Shown here: piece after piece, positions 58,600 to 64,000 of the stretch | How the letters are laid out: the number at the start of each line of letters is the position of its first letter | Position numbering within the stretch: position 1 is the first letter of the stretch | Source: an uncultured Phycisphaerales bacterium | Lineage (GTDB): Bacteria > Planctomycetota > Phycisphaerae > Sedimentisphaerales > Anaerobacaceae | Length of the DNA: 64,000 bases | Assembly (NCBI GenBank): GCA_963772725.1 | Contig: CAVYYI010000003.1 | Span: 160,001-224,000, forward strand | Direction of reading: 5' to 3' | The notes under the pieces: generated by a model | The model's database searches: none | Seen by the model: the letters and a program-made list of their open reading frames with translations, nothing else | What the model was told of the DNA's origin: nothing | Translations under genes and position numbers: made by a program

Positions 58600-59493
58600 A
58601 TGGCGATTAGCGACGATTTTAAAACACAGTTGCGAAAAAAGGCTGAATATGTCAATGGGCTTTTGGAGCGAGTCCTCGCGGCACAGAATGAGATTGAGCC
58701 GAGCCTGAAAAAGGCGCTTAAATATATTCTGCAGGGTAAGGGCAAACGCATCCGCGGTGTGCTGGTATTGTGGTGCTGCGAACTTATCGGCGGGCGGATA
58801 AACCGCGACGCACAAGCAGCGGCGGCGGCGATTGAGATGGTGCATACCTATTCGCTGGTTCACGATGATTTGCCCGCGATGGATGATGATGACCTGCGGC
58901 GGGGAAGGCCGACCTGTCATAAGGCGTTCGATGAGGCGACGGCAATTCTCGCGGGCGACGGACTATTGACGCTGGCGTTTGAGATTGTGGCGAAAAAAAC
59001 GAGCGAGCCGGCGGTCGCGGTGAAATTGATAAGCCAGTTGGCCCAGGCCGCGGGGCCGGCGGGTATGATTGCGGGACAGATGGCGGATTTGAAGGCTGAA
59101 AATATCAAGGGCAATAAAAAGCTTCTCGAATATATACATATCAATAAGACGGCCAAAATGTTTCGGGTTGCGGCACTGATGGGCGCAATCGCAGGCGGCG
59201 CAAGGGCAAAGGAATTAAAGTTGCTCGGTGAGTATGGGTTAAAAATCGGCCTGGGTTTTCAGATTGCCGATGATATTCTCGATGTCAGCGCGTCGAGCGA
59301 GCAGTTGGGCAAAACCGCTGGTAAAGATATCAAGGCGGGCAAAATGACGTATCCATCTTTGATGGGGATGGATAAATCCAAAGCACTTGCCGCAAAAATT
59401 GCCGATGAAGCGATAGCGGCTTTGAAACCATTTGGCGAGAAAGCGGATATGCTCAGAAAATTAACAACATCATTACTCGAAAGAGAAAAATAA
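58600..59493 (+). CDS. ispA: farnesyl/geranylgeranyl diphosphate synthase
   Basis: GKRIRG, HTYSLVHDDLPAMDDDDLRRG, GQMAD, KTA, FQIADDILD and GKTAGKD. Confidence 0.92.
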   Translation: MAISDDFKTQLRKKAEYVNGLLERVLAAQNEIEPSLKKALKYILQGKGKRIRGVLVLWCCELIGGRINRDAQAAAAAIEMVHTYSLVHDDLPAMDDDDLRRGRPTCHKAFDEATAILAGDGLLTLAFEIVAKKTSEPAVAVKLISQLAQAAGPAGMIAGQMADLKAENIKGNKKLLEYIHINKTAKMFRVAALMGAIAGGARAKELKLLGEYGLKIGLGFQIADDILDVSASSEQLGKTAGKDIKAGKMTYPSLMGMDKSKALAAKIADEAIAALKPFGEKADMLRKLTTSLLEREK

Positions 59494-59498
59494 AGATT

Positions 59499-60422
59499 AT
59501 GGGAATATTCAGTAAAACAGCGGAATATATAAAAGAGCGGCTCGGCAAAACGCGGGCTAAAATCAGTTCATCGTTATCGGCTATACTAAGCATAGGCAGA
59601 AACATAGATAATGAACTCCTCGATAAACTCGAAGAGACGCTAATCAGTGACGATATCGGGGTTGAGACGACGGAGAAGCTGATTTTGGAACTGCGGCAGG
59701 CGTATGCCAGCAGACAAATCGCGACAACCAGTGACGTTCTGCCTTTTCTTAAGGAACATATGAAAAGTTACTGGCCGCAAGGGGACAGCCTGCTGAAAAC
59801 AGCGGCTAATCCGCCGACGGTCATTCTTGTCGCTGGCGTAAACGGCACAGGCAAAACGACAAGCATCGCCAAACTCGCTTACATATTAAGCAAGGACAAT
59901 AAAAAAGTTATCGTGGCGGCGTGCGATACATTCCGCGCAGCTGCGGTTGAGCAGCTAAGCATCTGGGCGGAGCGTATCGGCGTTGAAATCATAAAACACA
60001 AAAGCGGGGCAGACCCCGCGGCGGTTGCCTTTGACGCCTGCGAGGCAACCGTCGCGAGAAAGGCTGATTATCTTATTCTCGATACCGCCGGCAGACTGCA
60101 CACACAAAAAGACCTGATGAAACAGCTTACGAAGATTCGTGATGTTGTCGCCCGAAAAATTTCCGACGCTCCCAATGAGGTACTGCTTGTTCTGGACGCA
60201 ACTACGGGACAAAATGCCATTTCACAGGCGAAATTATTTACGCAGGCAATAGCCGTTACAGGCATATTTCTTGCCAAGCTCGATGGTACGGCCAGAGGCG
60301 GAATTGTTATCGCAATCAGGGACCAGCTAAATATTCCGGTGAAGTTTGTCGGCCTGGGCGAAACGCCGCAAGATATAGCAGAATTCGACCCTGCCAAATT
60401 CATCGAGGCTCTGTTCAGCTAA
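59499..60422 (+). CDS. ftsY: SRP receptor FtsY
   Basis: [33 protein letters not shown] and KLDGTARGG. Confidence 0.96.
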   Translation: MGIFSKTAEYIKERLGKTRAKISSSLSAILSIGRNIDNELLDKLEETLISDDIGVETTEKLILELRQAYASRQIATTSDVLPFLKEHMKSYWPQGDSLLKTAANPPTVILVAGVNGTGKTTSIAKLAYILSKDNKKVIVAACDTFRAAAVEQLSIWAERIGVEIIKHKSGADPAAVAFDACEATVARKADYLILDTAGRLHTQKDLMKQLTKIRDVVARKISDAPNEVLLVLDATTGQNAISQAKLFTQAIAVTGIFLAKLDGTARGGIVIAIRDQLNIPVKFVGLGETPQDIAEFDPAKFIEALFS

Positions 60423-60450
60423 AAGTATTGTCAAGGAGAGCTAAACCGTT

Positions 60451-61023
60451 CTATCCGCCGAAAGAGACTGATGGGGCGTTACGAAGACCAGTGTCCTCGA
60501 TGTCGAAAAATTCGTTCAACATAAAGCCGAACATACTCGCGATAATATTCGATGGAAACGACTGTATCATTGTGTTAAGGTCACGGACGTTGCCGTTGTA
60601 AAAACGTCTGGCCGCCTGGATGCGGTCCTCGGTATTGATTAGCTCAGACTGGAGTTTGAGAAACTGCTGCGAGGCCTTGAGGTCGGGATAATTCTCCACG
60701 ACCCCAAAAAGCTGACGCAGCGACATAATAAGATTGTTCTCGTCTTTTGCCTGCGAGGCGGGCGAGCCTGTCGAAGCCACCGCTTTTGCACGGGCATCGG
60801 TTACGGACTGAAGAACCTGACGTTCATAAGCGGCGTAACCTTTGACCGTTTCAACGAGGTTGAGAATGAGGTCGTAGCGGCGTTTAAGTTCCGTATCAAT
60901 CTGCGACCATGCGTTTGCGCAAAAATACCTGAGTTTGACGAGATTATTATAGGTAACAATGACCCATATAAGCGGCACCGCGATAACGGCGATTACGATT
61001 ATCAATCCAATATGTTCCTGCAT
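60451..61023 (-). CDS. lemA: LemA family protein
   Basis: YNNLVKLR..AWSQIDTELKRRYDL, ENYPDLKAS and EDRIQAARRFYN. Confidence 0.93.
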   Translation of the reverse strand: MQEHIGLIIVIAVIAVPLIWVIVTYNNLVKLRYFCANAWSQIDTELKRRYDLILNLVETVKGYAAYERQVLQSVTDARAKAVASTGSPASQAKDENNLIMSLRQLFGVVENYPDLKASQQFLKLQSELINTEDRIQAARRFYNGNVRDLNTMIQSFPSNIIASMFGFMLNEFFDIEDTGLRNAPSVSFGG

Positions 61024-61034
61024 AATTCAATCCT

Positions 61035-61706
61035 TTATACCGAATGAAGTTTTTGATTCTGGATTACGTATTCGGGGATACGCTCGAAAACACCGTTTAT
61101 GAGACTGGCCGCAGCGTCGAAATCTGCGGTTGAAAATTTGCGGTCGCGATAGACGATTGCGAACAGCGAATCGAACTGTATCGAAAACGCCGGCGAAGCG
61201 AGAAGATATTCCATCGTCTGCTGATGAATTATGTCATAGGCCCATTTTTTGTCGGAGGATTTGACATAAAATTTTCTGCTGAATTCCGCTGATTCGAAGT
61301 CGATATCGTTGAAGCCCGCAAATTCAGCTATTTTATCGAGGATATTTTCCGGGCGAATAAGAAGCGGCTTGAGCAGAATGGGGCTTTTAGTAATGATGAG
61401 TGAAAAATGGTGCTGGGTATTGTTCTTGCCAGAGCCGGTTTCATAATGGTAATCGCAGCCTATAAACTCTCTGCCGTCAAGAACACCCTGCATAATGTTG
61501 TAAGCGTATTGGTCATGGCCGTTCCGCAGACAGTTAAAGTTGGGGAATCTGGAATCAAAGGCGTGGTCATTTCCGGTGGTAAACGTCAGACCTTTGCCTA
61601 AAGCCCATTCGGCGAGTTCCTTTCGCCTCTTATTCGAGGCGTAGAAGCCATATATGATGAACCCGACGACCAACAAGGCGAACAGGATAAATAACAGGCC
61701 TTCCAT
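61035..61706 (-). CDS. membrane-anchored hypothetical protein, LemA operon partner
   Basis: N-terminal TM helix, DYHYETGSG and DIDFESAEFSRKFYVKS; ends 11 nt before lemA. Confidence 0.7.
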   Translation of the reverse strand: MEGLLFILFALLVVGFIIYGFYASNKRRKELAEWALGKGLTFTTGNDHAFDSRFPNFNCLRNGHDQYAYNIMQGVLDGREFIGCDYHYETGSGKNNTQHHFSLIITKSPILLKPLLIRPENILDKIAEFAGFNDIDFESAEFSRKFYVKSSDKKWAYDIIHQQTMEYLLASPAFSIQFDSLFAIVYRDRKFSTADFDAAASLINGVFERIPEYVIQNQKLHSV

Positions 61707-61760
61707 AAGATTATCCCAAAATAATAGTTTCAAAGACACTGAATCTTAATTTGCAATTTC

Positions 61761-62072
61761 TTACTTTTCCATACAATTTTTCTTTGATTCGCAAGTTTTA
61801 GCTTTGACTTTTAGATACCACAAAAAAGTTCTTATTAAACCAACAATACATATTGCTTTCCAAACCAGCAGCCACCACGGCTGCCACCATGCTCCAGTTT
61901 TCATTTCGATTATGTCCGAGCATCCGAAAAGCAGCAATAACAAGTATGCAGTAAAATACAGTTTTTTAAAGGCATTAGTGGAATTGAGGGAATTGAACCC
62001 GCATAACAAAGACAGGATAATCCAGAAGATTGATTCGAAAAAATTAAACAGAACTCCTGTTTCCATAATCAA
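61761..62072 (-). CDS. small membrane protein
   Basis: Three TM segments; SDIIEMKTGAWWQPWWLLVWK motif. Confidence 0.6.
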   Translation of the reverse strand: MIMETGVLFNFFESIFWIILSLLCGFNSLNSTNAFKKLYFTAYLLLLLFGCSDIIEMKTGAWWQPWWLLVWKAICIVGLIRTFLWYLKVKAKTCESKKNCMEK

Positions 62073-62119
62073 AGATAGACCTTTACAGTTTGATTGTAAG
62101 TTTATAGCCCAAAAAATAT

Positions 62120-62713
62120 TTAAGCCGTCGCGGTGATTTGGAGCTGGTTTTGAGCGCGGAGGATTGCGGCGGTATCGGTCAGGACAAGCTGCTTAATCAG
62201 GCTGGTAGAAATAACTGAAGTCCCCATAGCGATGACCTTTTCCTCAACGATGGCGGCAATTGTTCGGGCGGTATGGTAATCGATATTTCCTTTGGTAATC
62301 AGGTCGGCGACGATTCTTGATTTGTCCCAGCGGTTTCTGTGTCCGGCGGTGCCGTCACCCCAAAGTGTCTCGGCATCGGTCAAATCGCACAGGTCAACAC
62401 TGACAACCTCTATTCGGCTGCGTTTAAGTCTGCGAAGATAATAATGCTCATTTAACGCGACAGCGGCGTCTTCGTACCTTGCGCCTGTGAGTACCGCCTT
62501 TATAATAGAAAGAATTTCATTGCTGGAAATAGAGTCGTGGCCATGCTTATTATACAGAAAATACGTTACCACCTCGGCAAGCTCCTCGGCAACACCGATA
62601 TCAGGTTCACCGGCGCTGTTTAGGGCGTTGTTGATGGCACCGATAACTTTAGTGTGCAGATATTGCTCACTGCCTCCATCCGACTTTACGACCTTAAGCT
62701 GTTCTTTCGTCAC
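62120..62713 (-). CDS. stand-alone tandem ATP-cone domain protein
   Basis: Cone 1: VVKSDGG..KVIGAI..AEELAEVV..ISSNEILSIIKAVL; cone 2: WDKSRIVADL..ARTIAAIVEEKV..ISTSLIKQLV; no catalytic RNR domain. Confidence 0.72.
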   Translation of the reverse strand: MTKEQLKVVKSDGGSEQYLHTKVIGAINNALNSAGEPDIGVAEELAEVVTYFLYNKHGHDSISSNEILSIIKAVLTGARYEDAAVALNEHYYLRRLKRSRIEVVSVDLCDLTDAETLWGDGTAGHRNRWDKSRIVADLITKGNIDYHTARTIAAIVEEKVIAMGTSVISTSLIKQLVLTDTAAILRAQNQLQITATA

Positions 62714-62794
62714 CATTTTTTTGCCTCCCTGCAAAATCAATTTCTATTCTAAGTATACAGCCGTTTTTTTCAGCGGCAACAATTTTATTATTTT

Positions 62795-63286
62795 TTATCC
62801 TTCAAAGAGTTTGGGGTGAGCGGTATTATCCGTTTCCTGGATGACCGCGGTAACCTCGCTGATGAGTTCGCCTGCATCCTTAAAATCGCGGTACACGCTC
62901 GCGAAACGGATATACGCAACCTTATCAACTCCACGAAGATGCTTCATAACGCTTTCGCCGATAAAAGAAGAGAAAACCTCCTTGTCGAAACTGCGAAATA
63001 TGTCTTCCTCAACCTTGTCGGCAATCAACTGTATCTGCTCGGCGGATACGGGTCTTTTGTAACATGCCTTTTGCAGACCGCCGATAATTTTATCCCTGTC
63101 ATAAGGAACACGCGAGTCGTCTTTTTTGACAACGGTGAGTTTGGAGCTTTCGCCGATTTTTTCATAAGTGGTAAATCGCCTTTTGCAACTCAGGCATTGA
63201 CGTCGGCGCCGAATCATCCTGCCGTTGTCGCTCGAACGCGAATCAACCACTTTATCGCTGTCTTCCTTACAATACGGACATCTCAC
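62795..63286 (-). CDS. nrdR: transcriptional repressor NrdR
   Basis: GTG start; RCPYC, DSR, IRRRRQCLSCKRRFTTYE, ATP-cone and DKVAYIRFASVYR. Confidence 0.96.
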   Translation of the reverse strand: MRCPYCKEDSDKVVDSRSSDNGRMIRRRRQCLSCKRRFTTYEKIGESSKLTVVKKDDSRVPYDRDKIIGGLQKACYKRPVSAEQIQLIADKVEEDIFRSFDKEVFSSFIGESVMKHLRGVDKVAYIRFASVYRDFKDAGELISEVTAVIQETDNTAHPKLFEG

Positions 63287-63341
63287 CGGCTGAACCCCGC
63301 CTCTAAAAAAACAAACCAAAAATTTTCTTAACTTAAAGACA

Positions 63342-63394
63342 ACGGCTTATCTTGTTATCGAATCCAATTCTAAACACAATATATGGTATGTCAA
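63342..63394 (-). promoter_or_regulatory. nrdR promoter with tandem NrdR boxes
   Basis: Minus strand TTGACA-16-TAGAAT. The spacer contains ACACAATATATGGTAT (63374-63389); a weaker box ACGGCTTATCTTGTTA starts 32 bp away (63342). Confidence 0.7.
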
Positions 63395-63562
63395 AAGGAA
63401 TCTGTAAAATTTTTTCATTTTTTTAAAAAAATAAATTTCGTGTCTCGCTGTTTGTCGCTCGTGCCTGGTATCTTTAATTGTCGGTGGAAGAATGAAAAAA
63501 TCGGGTCAAAAAAAACTTTTAATTCGGTGGGTTTTCTGGTAAAAATTGGGGAAAAATATTTA

Positions 63563-63626
63563 AACGCTGATTACGCTAATGATATTGATTAAATAAAAAA
63601 CTGTAAAATCCGTGTAATCCGTGATT
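63563..63626. repeat. 9-nt-periodic inverted intergenic repeat
   Basis: AACGCTGAT-TACGCTAAT-GATATTGAT followed by AATCCGTGT-AATCCGTGA-TT. Confidence 0.65.
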
Positions 63627-63641
63627 AATAAAAGGGTTAGA

Positions 63642-64000
63642 ATGAAGCTGAAAGTAGAAAAATCGCGGTTAAAGGGGACGGTGGCCATTCCGGGTTCAAA
63701 GTCGCATACTATCCGGGCGGTGGCTATTGCGGCATTGGCTAAAGGGCGGAGCGTTATTCGCAGTCCGCTGGATTCGAACGACACGAGAAGCGCGGTAACG
63801 TGTTACCGGGCGATGGGGGCTAAGATAGATACTACGGATGCAAGGGCGTGGAAGGTTACGGGGACAGGGGGCGAAATCAAAATCCCGAAGGAAACCGTGG
63901 ACGTAGCCAACTCGGGGACAACGCTTAATATCGCGATAGGTTCTGCGGGACTGATAAAGCAGGGCCAGACGATAACGCTTACGGGCGATGCACAGACGCA
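63642..64000 (+). CDS. aroA: EPSP synthase, N-terminal part (runs off window end)
   Basis: Not in ORF track. MKLKVEKSRLKGTVAIPGSKSHTIRA..SPLDSNDT..DVANSGTT..LTGD. Confidence 0.92.
   Translation, partial: MKLKVEKSRLKGTVAIPGSKSHTIRAVAIAALAKGRSVIRSPLDSNDTRSAVTCYRAMGAKIDTTDARAWKVTGTGGEIKIPKETVDVANSGTTLNIAIGSAGLIKQGQTITLTGDAQT

Overview
Bacterial chromosomal segment, most likely Planctomycetota (Phycisphaerae/Sedimentisphaerales-like). This is inferred from GLUG/dockerin-like, PEP-CTERM, TIGR03790-like and HEAT-repeat proteins, alpha2-type GlyRS and an atypical EF-Tu switch I. From left to right: (1) the tRNA-Thr-tuf-rpmG-tRNA-Trp-secE-nusG-rplKAJL-rpoB-rpoC cluster on the minus strand; (2) a czcCBA-type metal efflux operon led by a Cys/His-rich small ORF; (3) HEAT proteins, xerD and exported proteins, including an IdeS-like PEP-CTERM cysteine peptidase; (4) a peptidase-OPT-POT peptide uptake locus; (5) cobO, a PilZ protein, glyQS and asnS; (6) a sialidase-family gene split by a complete IS5 element; (7) rsmA-pdxA-ribE; (8) an archaeal-type thymidylate synthase followed by an Mrr_N-HNH nuclease islet; (9) a candidate multi-hairpin small RNA; (10) an ArnT/YdjC/GT2/LAB_N envelope-modification cluster containing a complete IS66; (11) thrC, miaA, ispA, ftsY, lemA, an nrdR operon with a stand-alone tandem ATP-cone gene and NrdR boxes, and the start of aroA. 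Many conserved genes are frameshifted, most likely from assembly or polishing indels. No CRISPR array, rRNA or prophage was seen. The best leads are the ncRNA candidate (47690-47914), the NrdR/ATP-cone unit, the archaeal-type ThyA with its HNH neighbour, and the IdeS-like PEP-CTERM protein. All family assignments come from motif recognition, not database searches.
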